64,000 nucleotides of DNA from an uncultured Bacteroidaceae bacterium (GCA_964599875.1 CAZRHE010000002.1:22415-86414); one strand, 5' to 3'. Positions 52,940 through 62,863 are shown, numbered from the stretch's first letter. Numbers and translations are program-made. The notes: generated by a model not told the origin, from the letters alone.

Positions 52940-54300
52940 TCGTTTTTGGAGAGTTCGACCATAATGGCACATTCCATACGCTTGCGGAAAAGTTCGCAGC
53001 CGTACTTATAAACGCCGTTGACCGAGCCCGTTGCGTGATATGCGTTTGCCGCGCAACCGCCCGAGCAGTAGAGTTTCGCCCAGCAATCGCGACATTCTTC
53101 TCTCGTATATACGTTGCAAGCGGAGAATTCGTCTTGGATAGTCGTGTTAGTAACTCCGTGCCAAACGTCGCCGAGTTTGAATTTTTCTTCGCCCACGAAT
53201 TGGTGGCAGGGATAGAGGTCCCCCCACGGAGTGACCGCCATGTATTCCGTGCCGCTTCCGCAACCCGAAACGCGCTTGTAAATGCAGGGGCCGCCTTTGA
53301 GGTCTATCATATAATGATAGAAGGTGAACGGTCTTCCCTCTTTGCGTCTTTCAATCATAAGGGTTGCAAGGTCTTCGTATCCTTTGAGAACGACGGGTAA
53401 ATCTTCTTCGGTGAGGGCGGAGGGGTCGTCGGGTGCGCAGACGACGGGTTCCATACTAAGTTCCGTGAAACCGAGGTCGAGCATCGCTTTGATATCGTTG
53501 AGGAAGTCGGGATTGTGATGGGTGAAAGTGCCTCTCATATAGTAGTCCTTGTTTCCTCTTTCTTTCACGAGTTTCTGGAAGAGCGGAACGATTTTGTCGT
53601 AACTGCCTTTGCCCGCGTAGTCCACTCTGAAACGGTCGTGTACTTCTTTTCTGCCGTCGAGGGAAAGAACGACGTTGCTCATTTCCTTGTTTGCGAAGTC
53701 GATGACGTCGTCGTCGATTAGTACGCCGTTGGTGGTGAGGGTGAAACGGAAGTTTTTGCCGCGTTCTTTCTCGATCGAGCGCGCGTATGCGACGAGGCGT
53801 TTCACGACGTCGAAATTCATAAGCGGTTCGCCGCCGAAGAAGTCTACTTCGAGATTTCTTCTGCTTCCCGAATTTTCAACGAGGAAGTCGAGGGCTTGTT
53901 TGCCCACCTCGAAACTCATAAGCGCTCTGTCGCCGTGATACTTGCCTTGACTTGCAAAGCAGTAGGAGCAGTTTAGGTTGCAGGTGTGCGCGACGTGCAG
54001 GCACAACGCCTTGACTACGCCCGCGCTACGCTCTTTGAGTTTGCCCGCAAGTGGCTCGAAAACGTCTTCCGAAAAGAGTTTGCCTTCGTTTTTGAGTTCT
54101 TCGATTTCGTCTACGCACTCCGCGATTTCTTCCGCGGGGACGGAGGGATAATCCGAAGAGAGTTTCTTCACGATTTCATCTTTCGGCAGGGTGGGGAATA
54201 GGGCTATAGCGTCGTATGCGACTTCGTCCACGAGGTGTACGGAGCCGGATGCGACGTCGAGGACTACGTTATATCCGTTAAGTTTGTATTGATGTATCAT
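52936..54300 (-). CDS. radical SAM/SPASM thioether-forming SCIFF peptide maturase
   Basis: CNLNCSYCF radical-SAM cluster motif and a C-terminal Cys-rich SPASM region (CGSGTEYMAV...CHQF...CRDCWAKLYCSGGC). It lies directly downstream of a SCIFF precursor. Confidence 0.9.
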   Translation of the reverse strand: MIHQYKLNGYNVVLDVASGSVHLVDEVAYDAIALFPTLPKDEIVKKLSSDYPSVPAEEIAECVDEIEELKNEGKLFSEDVFEPLAGKLKERSAGVVKALCLHVAHTCNLNCSYCFASQGKYHGDRALMSFEVGKQALDFLVENSGSRRNLEVDFFGGEPLMNFDVVKRLVAYARSIEKERGKNFRFTLTTNGVLIDDDVIDFANKEMSNVVLSLDGRKEVHDRFRVDYAGKGSYDKIVPLFQKLVKERGNKDYYMRGTFTHHNPDFLNDIKAMLDLGFTELSMEPVVCAPDDPSALTEEDLPVVLKGYEDLATLMIERRKEGRPFTFYHYMIDLKGGPCIYKRVSGCGSGTEYMAVTPWGDLYPCHQFVGEEKFKLGDVWHGVTNTTIQDEFSACNVYTREECRDCWAKLYCSGGCAANAYHATGSVNGVYKYGCELFRKRMECAIMVELSKNE

Positions 54301-54306
54301 TTTGTC

Positions 54307-54342
54307 AAAAAAAGGCTCACTACACCGCGGTATAGCGAGCCT
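54307..54342 (-). terminator. intercistronic terminator/attenuator between the SCIFF precursor and its maturase
   Basis: On the minus strand: AGGCTCGCTA...TAGTGAGCCT stem (10 bp with one G-U pair, inner ACCGCGGT palindrome) followed by T7. Confidence 0.7.
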
Positions 54343-54366
54343 ATCCGTATAGATTGTCGAATGAGG

Positions 54367-54528
54367 TTACTTGCTTTCTTTTTCGCTCTTGGTGTTTTCG
54401 CACTTTTGGTTTGCAATGCCGCAACTGGTTTTGCATGCGGATTGGCAAGAGGTTTGGCATTCACCGCAACCGCCCTTGACGGCGCTTTCGCAAAGATTAC
54501 GAGTTTCAACGGTTTTGATATGTTTCAT
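54367..54528 (-). CDS. SCIFF (six-cysteines-in-forty-five) ribosomal peptide precursor
   Basis: Absent from the ORF track because it is under 60 aa. My translation is MKHIKTVETRNLCESAVKGGCGECQTSCQSACKTSCGIANQKCENTKSEKESK. It has the MKHIKT start and the GGCGECQTSCQSACKTSC core characteristic of SCIFF. AAGGAG RBS lies 7 nt upstream. Confidence 0.9.
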   Translation of the reverse strand: MKHIKTVETRNLCESAVKGGCGECQTSCQSACKTSCGIANQKCENTKSEKESK

Positions 54529-54679
54529 AATACGACTCCTTGTTGTGTGGATATTTTTTCATAGTTTAACATATCCCCCTGCAAAAATCAAGGGGAAAGC
54601 CGTTATATTTTGCAAAACCGACTTATTTTTCCTTTTTTGCGCACGATTATATAAAATATATCATACAAAAAATATTCGT

Positions 54680-54708
54680 TTGACATATAGGGTGTCGTGT
54701 GATAAAAT
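54680..54708 (+). promoter_or_regulatory. sigma-A promoter for the membrane protein-MoxR-VWA operon
   Basis: TTGACA (54680-54685), 17 nt, TGA-TAAAAT (54703-54708). This leaves a leader of about 100 nt. Confidence 0.55.
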
Positions 54709-54811
54709 TTTCCTTACGAATGTCGCATTATTATGCATATGCGTATTGAAACGAAGTATAAACGATGAAATAATGCATAATTTTTTTGATATTATGCAAC
54801 GAGGCGGTACG

Positions 54812-56332
54812 ATGGTCGAAAAGTTCAAAGAGATGAAAAAGAAATACGCCGTGATTACGCTTTTGAAAAGCATGATCGCGGGTGTGTTTTTCGCGCTTTT
54901 TGCAGTGGGCGTCGTGCTTCTCGGCGTCAAACTCGGTGCGGCGCGTCTTGCTTGGTACTATTATCTCATTATCGGCGTAGGCACGTTCGGCGCGGCGTTC
55001 GGCGTTACGTTTTTGCTGACTCGTTACACGGATAAATCTCTTGCGAAACACCTCGACGAAGAGTTCGGACTCAAAGAAAAAGTTCAAACCATGGTCGAGT
55101 TCGCAGGGCAGGACGGGGAGGTTCTCCAACTCCAAAGAGAGGACGCGGAAAGAACGCTCGAAAATCTTCCCAAAGAAAAAATAACCTTTGCAAAAATTTG
55201 GAAATACGTCGTGATAACCGTGCTCGGCATAGCGTTTTTCGTATCCGGCGTAGTCGTCCCGTCCAGATACGTCGTTCCCGACGTGGACGTGCAGGATAAA
55301 TTCGTTTTGAACGAATGGGACGAAAAAGCACTCGAACAACTCATCGCGGACGTGAAATCTTCGGACCTCGAAGAAAAAGTGTCCGTCCCGACGATTGCCG
55401 CGCTCGAACTTTTGAAAGACACTCTCGGCGAAATCAGAACGAATTCCGAAATGCGCGAGGCGGTCAAGAATTGCGCGTCTTTCATAGACGAAGCGGTCGT
55501 TCTTGCAAATTCCTATCGCGACGTTGCGGAAGCGGTGAACGAGTTTTCCGAACTCGATAAATTCAAATCCGCGTTGATTAGTGCGAGTAAATCATATGAA
55601 GGCGACGTCGGAATCGAAACTATGACTCAAGTCAAGGCGGAGCAGAAACAGTCCGAAGGAAAAATCCGCACGGCACTTTCGGTTTTCACGGATTCGTTCT
55701 TGGCAAAGGTCAAGTCGGCGGGTAGCAACGTCGAAATCAGGGATATCGTCTTTGAAATCGTAGACCCGCTTAACGAGGCTATGGCTGACGAAGAACTTAT
55801 GGAAAAACTTGCGGAAGACGACTTGTATAAAGCCATATACGACTTCTCGGAGTCTTTCGAAATCGTGCGTAAAGAGTATTATTGGAGAGATGATTTGAAG
55901 ACTATCGTGTCCTCCTCGTGCACGAATTTCGTTTCGGCGGCGGCGAAAGAACTTGTGGTTCAAGTGTACAATCGCATGATGGAAGATATGATTTTCAATT
56001 CTCTCTACGATATTTTCGGCGTCAAGGTTTATCCTTCGGATTTGACTTTGTCCGACACTTCCGACGACGACGTAAACGACGGCGACAACGGAGCGCAAGG
56101 CGGAGGTCTTGGCGACAACAACGCCGTATACGGCGGAGAAGACGCGGTTTACGACCCGACGACGAAGACGTACGTGCCTTACGGACAGGTTTGGAACGAA
56201 TACGTCGCGAAATTGTACGAAAGACTCAGTGACGAGGAATCCGGTTTGAGCGAAGAAATGAAATCTTATATCAACAACTATATCGGAATTCTCTACGGCA
56301 ACTCGACGGACTCGTCCGAAGACGCCGACTAA
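54812..56332 (+). CDS. hypothetical membrane protein (N-terminal TM bundle + long helical/acidic C-terminal region)
   Basis: Start taken at ATG 54812 after GAGGCGG. The track ORF from 54371 overlaps the SCIFF gene and the promoter region. TM segments at IAGVFFALFAVGVVLLGV, YYLIIGVGTFGAAFGVTFLL and VVITVLGIAFFVSGVVV. Confidence 0.65.
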   Translation: MVEKFKEMKKKYAVITLLKSMIAGVFFALFAVGVVLLGVKLGAARLAWYYYLIIGVGTFGAAFGVTFLLTRYTDKSLAKHLDEEFGLKEKVQTMVEFAGQDGEVLQLQREDAERTLENLPKEKITFAKIWKYVVITVLGIAFFVSGVVVPSRYVVPDVDVQDKFVLNEWDEKALEQLIADVKSSDLEEKVSVPTIAALELLKDTLGEIRTNSEMREAVKNCASFIDEAVVLANSYRDVAEAVNEFSELDKFKSALISASKSYEGDVGIETMTQVKAEQKQSEGKIRTALSVFTDSFLAKVKSAGSNVEIRDIVFEIVDPLNEAMADEELMEKLAEDDLYKAIYDFSESFEIVRKEYYWRDDLKTIVSSSCTNFVSAAAKELVVQVYNRMMEDMIFNSLYDIFGVKVYPSDLTLSDTSDDDVNDGDNGAQGGGLGDNNAVYGGEDAVYDPTTKTYVPYGQVWNEYVAKLYERLSDEESGLSEEMKSYINNYIGILYGNSTDSSEDAD

Positions 56333-56362
56333 TATCAAAAATACACACATGGAGATAGAACT

Positions 56363-57358
56363 ATGGAAAATGAAGCAAGAATAAAGGAATTCAGTCTTGT
56401 TATCAACAGAATAAGAGATGAATTGCACAAGGACGTCGTAGGTCAAGACGAAATTATCGACAACGTTATCATCGCAATTATTGCGGGCGGCAACGTGTTG
56501 CTCGAAGGCGTCCCCGGCGTCGGGAAAACCCGTTTGGTGCGTTCGTTAGGGAAAACCCTCGGACTTCCTTTCTCCAGAATTCAGTTTACTCCCGACCTTA
56601 TGCCGTCCGACGTGACGGGCACTAACGTCATCGAAAAGGACGACAACGGCAAACTCAATTCCGTGTTCCAAAGAGGTCCTATCTTTGCAAACCTCGTGCT
56701 TGCGGACGAAATCAACCGCGCCACGCCTAAAACGCAGGCGGCAATGCTCGAAGTTATGCAGGAGCATAAGATAACCGTCGCAAAGAAGACTTATATCCTC
56801 GACGAGCCTTTCTTCGTGCTTGCGACCGAAAACCCCATCGAGCAAGACGGCACCTATCCGCTTCCCGAAGCGCAAATGGACCGCTTTATGCTCAAACTCA
56901 TCATGAGTTTCCCGTCAACCGACGAACTTAAAGACATCGTCAACATGACGCAAATAACCATGGACGAAAACGCAGACGCAGTCGTAGACGGCGCAACCGT
57001 CCTCGAAATGAGAGAAATCGCAAAACAAATGCCCGTCATCGACGACGTGCTTCACTATGCGGTCAGTTTGGTTGCACATTCTCACCCCGAATTGGCGTCT
57101 ACTTCCGAAGTCGCGATGAAGTATCTCAAATACGGTGCGTCGCCGAGAGCCGCGCAAGCACTTATCACCTGCGCGAAAATCAGAGCGTTGATGAAGGGCA
57201 ATTACAACGTTTCTTACGAAGATATCGACGCCCTTGCGCACCCCGTGTTAAGACACAGAATCAAAATCAATTACACCGCAATCAACGAAAAACTCTCCGT
57301 CGACGACGTTATCGACCGCCTCGTCGAAGAGAACAAGAAAATCTGCAAAGTCAAATAA
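56363..57358 (+). CDS. MoxR-family AAA+ ATPase
   Basis: GVPGVGKT Walker A, LADEINRATPKTQAAMLEVMQE and the short 331-aa length are typical of MoxR. Confidence 0.92.
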   Translation: MENEARIKEFSLVINRIRDELHKDVVGQDEIIDNVIIAIIAGGNVLLEGVPGVGKTRLVRSLGKTLGLPFSRIQFTPDLMPSDVTGTNVIEKDDNGKLNSVFQRGPIFANLVLADEINRATPKTQAAMLEVMQEHKITVAKKTYILDEPFFVLATENPIEQDGTYPLPEAQMDRFMLKLIMSFPSTDELKDIVNMTQITMDENADAVVDGATVLEMREIAKQMPVIDDVLHYAVSLVAHSHPELASTSEVAMKYLKYGASPRAAQALITCAKIRALMKGNYNVSYEDIDALAHPVLRHRIKINYTAINEKLSVDDVIDRLVEENKKICKVK

Positions 57359-57382
57359 GCAAAATAGTTACGGAAGCGTTTT

Positions 57383-58267
57383 ATGAGTAAATTAGCGATA
57401 ACGGACGAGTTCCTCAAAGAAGTTGAATTGTTGGAAATACTCGTCAAAAATAACGTCGCAGGCATGTTCGGCGGCAATCACAAGAGCAAGACGTTCGGCT
57501 CCTCTTGTGAATTTGCCGATTTCAGAGAATACATGCCCGGTGACGACGTTACCAAAATCGACTGGAATGCTTTCGCGCGCTTCGACAAACTCTACACGAA
57601 ACAATATCTCGACGAACGTCGTCTGCACACCGCAATCTATATCGACGCAAGTAGATCTATGGATTTCGGCAAGGCGAAAAAGGCGGAACAAGCGTTGAGG
57701 ATAGCCGCCGTCTTGGCGTATCTTTCCATAATCGCAATGGATAAAGTTTCCATTTTCGCAGTCCGCGGAACCGAAATCGAGGACGTCGTTTTGAATATGT
57801 CGGGGAAGGAATCCTATCTCAATTCGATAGGGAAGTTGAATGATATCGTTTTCGACGGCGACAGCAGTTTGAGCGAGGCGATTTTGCCTACGAAAGTCGG
57901 TTACGGCGACGGCGTGTCCGTGATTATTTCGGACTTCCTCACCGACAACGACTACGAAACCGCTATCGACTATATGATTTCCAAAAAGAGGGACGTGCTT
58001 TGCGTGCAGGTTTTGTCCGGCGACGAACTCAATCCCAAAGTCAGAGGGAAAATGCACCTTTTCGACTCCGAGGATTTCAACAAGTATTATCGTAGAAATA
58101 TAAATAGAGATATTATAAATGCATATAAGAAAGCACTCGAATACGTGCAGAACAGAATCAAGGATTTCTGCTCGGCGAGAGGGGCGGACTATTTGCTCGT
58201 TTCGGACGAAGATTCCGTCGGCAAAATCTTCTTTGAAACGCTTACCGATATGGGGGTGCTGAAATGA
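57383..58267 (+). CDS. DUF58-domain protein (VWA-like, MoxR partner)
   Basis: FADFREYMPGDDVTKIDWNAFARFDKLYTKQY is the DUF58 signature. Confidence 0.88.
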   Translation: MSKLAITDEFLKEVELLEILVKNNVAGMFGGNHKSKTFGSSCEFADFREYMPGDDVTKIDWNAFARFDKLYTKQYLDERRLHTAIYIDASRSMDFGKAKKAEQALRIAAVLAYLSIIAMDKVSIFAVRGTEIEDVVLNMSGKESYLNSIGKLNDIVFDGDSSLSEAILPTKVGYGDGVSVIISDFLTDNDYETAIDYMISKKRDVLCVQVLSGDELNPKVRGKMHLFDSEDFNKYYRRNINRDIINAYKKALEYVQNRIKDFCSARGADYLLVSDEDSVGKIFFETLTDMGVLK

Positions 58268-60186
58268 ACTTTACGTATCCTCTCGGATTATTGGGATTGA
58301 TAGGCGTACCTATCCTCGTCATAATCTATATCATCAAGAATAAGTATACCGAACAAACCGTTACTTCCACTTATATCTGGACGTTGAGCGAGAAGTTTTT
58401 GAAACGCAAAAACCCTATCAACAAACTCCAAAAGTGGATAAGTTTGGTTTTGCAAATTTTGGCGGTCGTGTGCGTATCTTTTGCAATCGCGCATCCCACT
58501 CTCGCACTTGCGGGCAGAGCAAACGATTATTGTTTCGTTTTGGACGGCTCGGGCAGTATGGCGGCGGTCGTTGACGGAGAATCTCGTTTCGACAGAGCGA
58601 AGAAGAATATCGAGAATATCATTCGCGAATCGAAAAACGGAAGCACGTATACGCTTATTTGCGCAAGCGAAACTTCCGCAGTCCTTTATCACGGCATTAC
58701 GGACAAAGAGCAAGCGATAAAACTTCTTGCGGACGCAGAGGCGTCGGGTGCACAAGCGGACTTTGACGGCGCACTCGAAAGCGCACAGGAATATTTCGAC
58801 GAAACACCGTCCGCGAAAATCTACTTCATGACGGACGGCGATTATAAGACTTATTCTAACGTCGAAATCGTCAACGTCGCGGCAAAAGAAACCAATTACG
58901 CACTTGTGAGCGCAGAATGTAGTATTCAAAACTCGGATTTGGTCGTTAAAGGCAAAATCGCGGCATACGGCGGAAGCGGAATGCTTACCGTGTCCGTCTA
59001 CGTGGACGACGCGGAAAAACCCGCTGGACAAAAGACCGTTTCCGTGGTCGGAAAGTCGGATAAAGTGAACGTATCTTTGAACGACGACGAACTTGCATCT
59101 CTCACTTTAAGTAGTGCGACGGGATTCGAAATTAAGTGCGAGTCCGTAGCGGATTATCAATCCGTGAGAGTGGTTGTGGAAAATAAAGACGCGATTGCGT
59201 CTGATAACGAAATCGTCCTTTACAACGTCAAGCACGGCGCGTCGTTCGACACTCTCATCGTGAGCGAACATCCTTTCTTCCTGAAATCCATTCTCAACTC
59301 TCTCGGACACAGACAAATAGACGTCATGGCGCCCGAAGAATACGATGCGGCGGCGGTTACGGGATTGAGTTACGGACTTTATATCTTCGACGAGTTCACT
59401 CCCGCGGAGTTGCCGTCCAACGGTGCTGTTTGGTTCTTTGCGCCTTCCGCGACGGTAGCAAATTCGGGATTCGCATTCCAAACCGAAGCCGAAACTTACG
59501 AAAAATCCATTGAATACAGCAATTCGTCGAAGTCCGAAGTTAAAAAACTCCTCGAGGGGTTGGACAGAAACGAATCGCTGACCATAACGGATTACAACAA
59601 ATACAGCACCGACTTTTTGACTTTGCTCACTTGCGAGGGAAGTCCGGTCGTGTTCGTGGGTAACAACGGCTACAACAACAGAGAAGTCGTCTTTGCGTTC
59701 AGTCTTAATCGCTCGGACGTACCGTTGACTTACAACTATATCAGACTCGTCAGCAACTTGCTGGGATACACTTTCCCGCAGGTTATCGACGAGGCAAACT
59801 ATTTCTGCGGGGACGTCGTGGATATCAACGTGCTCGCAAACACTCAAAGTATCAAAGTGGTGACTCCGTCCGGGGAAGAAGAATATCTTTCCACGGAAGC
59901 CGCAACGGCCAAGTACACGCTTGCGGAAGTGGGGTTGTATTCCGTAAAAATCCGCGTCGGCAGCGGCAACAACGTTTCCGAACGCACGGTTTATATGTAT
60001 TCCGAAATGCCGTATTCAGAAAGCGCAACCGTTTCGGAAGCGAATAGTTTTTCTATCGTAGGCACCGCGGTCGCAGGCGGTAGGGACGGAATATACGATA
60101 ATCTACTCGCATTGTTTATTATTCTCGCCGTGATTTTCGTCGCGGATTGGATGGTGTATTGTTATGAGCAGTATCAACTTCGATAA
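58264..60186 (+). CDS. BatA-like protein (aerotolerance-regulator N-terminal TM domain + VWA domain)
   Basis: MNFTYPLGLLGLIGVPILVIIYIIK is a BatA_N-type start. The VWA MIDAS-like motif is CFVLDGSGSM. There is a C-terminal TM. Confidence 0.8.
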   Translation: MNFTYPLGLLGLIGVPILVIIYIIKNKYTEQTVTSTYIWTLSEKFLKRKNPINKLQKWISLVLQILAVVCVSFAIAHPTLALAGRANDYCFVLDGSGSMAAVVDGESRFDRAKKNIENIIRESKNGSTYTLICASETSAVLYHGITDKEQAIKLLADAEASGAQADFDGALESAQEYFDETPSAKIYFMTDGDYKTYSNVEIVNVAAKETNYALVSAECSIQNSDLVVKGKIAAYGGSGMLTVSVYVDDAEKPAGQKTVSVVGKSDKVNVSLNDDELASLTLSSATGFEIKCESVADYQSVRVVVENKDAIASDNEIVLYNVKHGASFDTLIVSEHPFFLKSILNSLGHRQIDVMAPEEYDAAAVTGLSYGLYIFDEFTPAELPSNGAVWFFAPSATVANSGFAFQTEAETYEKSIEYSNSSKSEVKKLLEGLDRNESLTITDYNKYSTDFLTLLTCEGSPVVFVGNNGYNNREVVFAFSLNRSDVPLTYNYIRLVSNLLGYTFPQVIDEANYFCGDVVDINVLANTQSIKVVTPSGEEEYLSTEAATAKYTLAEVGLYSVKIRVGSGNNVSERTVYMYSEMPYSESATVSEANSFSIVGTAVAGGRDGIYDNLLALFIILAVIFVADWMVYCYEQYQLR

Positions 60187-62863
60187 CGCCTATCTGTTGT
60201 TAATCGCGATTCCTATCGCGGTATTGCTCGCAGTACCGTTCTTTTGGGCTGTCAGAAAGGATAACGCCAACGCGCATAATATCGCGTCCGGCGTCCTTCA
60301 CGTCCTTATGGCACTCTGCATTGCTTTCGCACTTGCGGGCGCAACCGTCGAAACTACGGTGACCGAAACCGACGTTTACGTGCTTGCGGACGTATCTTTT
60401 TCCGCTGAAAAGAATCTCGATACCATCGACAACTATATCGACGAACTCAAAGTGAATCTTCCCAAAAACTCTAAACTCGGGGTGGTTTGTTTTGCAAAAG
60501 ACCAACAACTTCTCGTCCCTCTCGGCAAGTCCGTGAAAAGCGTCAAGGCGGCGGATACCGACCTTTTGGTTGAAAGCGAAACTGATATAGAAGGCGCACT
60601 CGACTACGCGACCTCTCTCTTCCGCGACGGCGTTATCAAGAGAATAGTCTTGATGACGGACGGCAAACAAACGCACGTCAAAGACTCCAACGCGTTGAAA
60701 CGCGCGGTCGACGCAGTGCGCGCGGAAGGAATTTTCGTGGACGCGGTCTACGTGGACGACAATCTCTCCGCGGATGCGCAGGAAGTGCAAATGATTTCCG
60801 CCGTCGCTACGCAAAATACTTACAACGGCAAAGAGGAAGAAGCGGTCGTTACCGTCCGTAGCACTTACGAAACAAGAGCGACCGTATCCCTGTATAGAGG
60901 GAATTTGCAGATGAGCAGTCAACCCGTTCGCCTAACAAAAGGCAACAACAACGTCACTTTCGATCTCGATACGAGCGTGAAAGGCACTTTCGAATACGAG
61001 GTTAGAGTGGACGCGGAAGGTGACGAAAATTCTCTTAATAACAACGCAAAATTCTCGCAAACCGTTTCGGATTCCGTCAACGTGCTACTGATAACCGAAA
61101 AAGACGAGGACGAGGCTGAATTCAAGGAAAGATATTACGGAAAGGCAAACGTGACCGTATTCGCACCCGACGGGGATATCCCCATGACCATCGAGGATTT
61201 GTGCGGTTACGACGAAATAATCATAAGCAACGCAGATATGACGAAAGCAGCGAACAGCACGCTTTTCCTTGAAAATTTGAATATCGTCGTGTCTAAATTC
61301 GGCAAGAGCCTCGTGACTTACGGCAACGTTTACACGCAGGACAACGAATCCCTCGTCTCCCTTGCGAATATGCTTCCCGTTAAATTCGGAAACGCGGACA
61401 GAGATTCCAAACTCTATACGATAGTCGTGGACGCGTCGAGAAGTATGGAAACTTATTCGAAGTTCGCAATCGCAAAATCCGCAAGCAAACAACTAATTTC
61501 GAAATTGAGCGAAGGAGATTGGGCTTGCGTGGTCGTGTTCAACGGCAACTACTATACGAAATTCGCACCCGCGGAAATTCACGACGAACCCGCTACGGGA
61601 GAATCCGTTTCCACCCGTCAAAGCGCACTCGACGCAATAGATTCCATAGAGGCGGAGCACGGCACCGTCATCAGTTTCGGTTTGCAAGAGGCGTATAAAC
61701 TCATGAAGAATCTTCGTTTCGAGGAAAAACAAATCATGCTAATCAGCGACGGTTTGTCCGTTGATAACCAAGGCAACGGCGACGAAGAAGAAAAGATAAC
61801 CCAAGTGTTGAACGATATGAAGAGAAGCCGCATATCCGTGTCCGTTATAGACGTGGGCAGAGGCGGAGATTTTACGAGTTCTCAATCCATACACGCAAAA
61901 GAACTTCTTAACAATATAGCGAGTATCACGGGCGGCACTTATTCCTTTGCAAACACTCTCGACTCTCTCGACGACGTCGTATTCGGCGACGGAATCATAG
62001 ACGACCTCACCGAAGTCGTTATGGACGACGAACCCGCAAACGTCGTAGTGGTGCGTTCGTCGGATTCCGCTTTGAGCGGAGTGAATTTCGTGTCCGACGA
62101 TTATATAACGGGATTCGTAGTCAGCAAAGCAAAGTCGGGCTCGACAACCGTTCTCGAATTGTCTTACGACGACAGAAGCGTTCCGCTTTACGGCTATTGG
62201 ACTTACGGAAAGGGCAAAGTGGCGACCTTTGCGGCCTCTTTGAAACATACGAAAGAGTGGAGCAACGCCGTTGCGGATCCGTTCTTCGAGAATTTGCTCT
62301 CGACGAATATTCCCGACGAAAAGGCGAATTATCCTTTCGTTCTCGAAACAATCGAAGAAAACGGATATATCCATATTACGGCGACCCCCGCGAGAATGTC
62401 CAACAGCGCGGTCGTGAAAGTCACTCTCACCACCCCCGGTGAAACCGAAAACGCGGAAAGAATAACCGAACAAAGCAATATGACGTTTGCAACGTCGTGT
62501 TATAAATACAGTTTTGCAACCTACAACGTCGGCAAGTACGAAGTCGTCATCGACTATATCGAGGAAGGACGAGCAAATTATTCGGCAAATTACTCATACT
62601 ACGTGACGTATCTGCCCGAATACGACAGTTTCGCATCCTACGACATAGCAACGCTTTACAAGATGATAGGCTCCGAAGGCAAGGTCATGGACGTCGACGA
62701 CGTCATCAGAATAGAAAACGACGAGAGTATGATTGCAAGTTACGAACTTGATTTGTCCCTTATTCTTCTCATCATATGCGTAGTTTTGTTCGTCGCGGAC
62801 GTCATCGTGCGCAAGATTAAGTGGGAAGATATACGCAGCCTTTTCGGCAAAGGAAGGAAATGA
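60164..62863 (+). CDS. large VWA-domain membrane protein (two VWA-like modules)
   Basis: N-terminal TMs; VLADVSFSAEKN and TIVVDASRSMET MIDAS-like motifs; C-terminal TM LILLIICVVLFVADVIV. 23-nt overlap with the upstream gene. Confidence 0.8.
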   Translation: MSSINFDNAYLLLIAIPIAVLLAVPFFWAVRKDNANAHNIASGVLHVLMALCIAFALAGATVETTVTETDVYVLADVSFSAEKNLDTIDNYIDELKVNLPKNSKLGVVCFAKDQQLLVPLGKSVKSVKAADTDLLVESETDIEGALDYATSLFRDGVIKRIVLMTDGKQTHVKDSNALKRAVDAVRAEGIFVDAVYVDDNLSADAQEVQMISAVATQNTYNGKEEEAVVTVRSTYETRATVSLYRGNLQMSSQPVRLTKGNNNVTFDLDTSVKGTFEYEVRVDAEGDENSLNNNAKFSQTVSDSVNVLLITEKDEDEAEFKERYYGKANVTVFAPDGDIPMTIEDLCGYDEIIISNADMTKAANSTLFLENLNIVVSKFGKSLVTYGNVYTQDNESLVSLANMLPVKFGNADRDSKLYTIVVDASRSMETYSKFAIAKSASKQLISKLSEGDWACVVVFNGNYYTKFAPAEIHDEPATGESVSTRQSALDAIDSIEAEHGTVISFGLQEAYKLMKNLRFEEKQIMLISDGLSVDNQGNGDEEEKITQVLNDMKRSRISVSVIDVGRGGDFTSSQSIHAKELLNNIASITGGTYSFANTLDSLDDVVFGDGIIDDLTEVVMDDEPANVVVVRSSDSALSGVNFVSDDYITGFVVSKAKSGSTTVLELSYDDRSVPLYGYWTYGKGKVATFAASLKHTKEWSNAVADPFFENLLSTNIPDEKANYPFVLETIEENGYIHITATPARMSNSAVVKVTLTTPGETENAERITEQSNMTFATSCYKYSFATYNVGKYEVVIDYIEEGRANYSANYSYYVTYLPEYDSFASYDIATLYKMIGSEGKVMDVDDVIRIENDESMIASYELDLSLILLIICVVLFVADVIVRKIKWEDIRSLFGKGRK

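Noticed and set aside
54371-54811. The 5' 147 codons of the 653-aa ORF 54371..56332, and the minus-strand 70-aa ORF 54297..54509.
   Set aside because: Both overlap the SCIFF precursor gene, which is in a different frame or on the other strand, as well as the promoter region. The ATG at 54812, preceded by an RBS, is the plausible start of the membrane protein. The true SCIFF frame gives the hallmark peptide.
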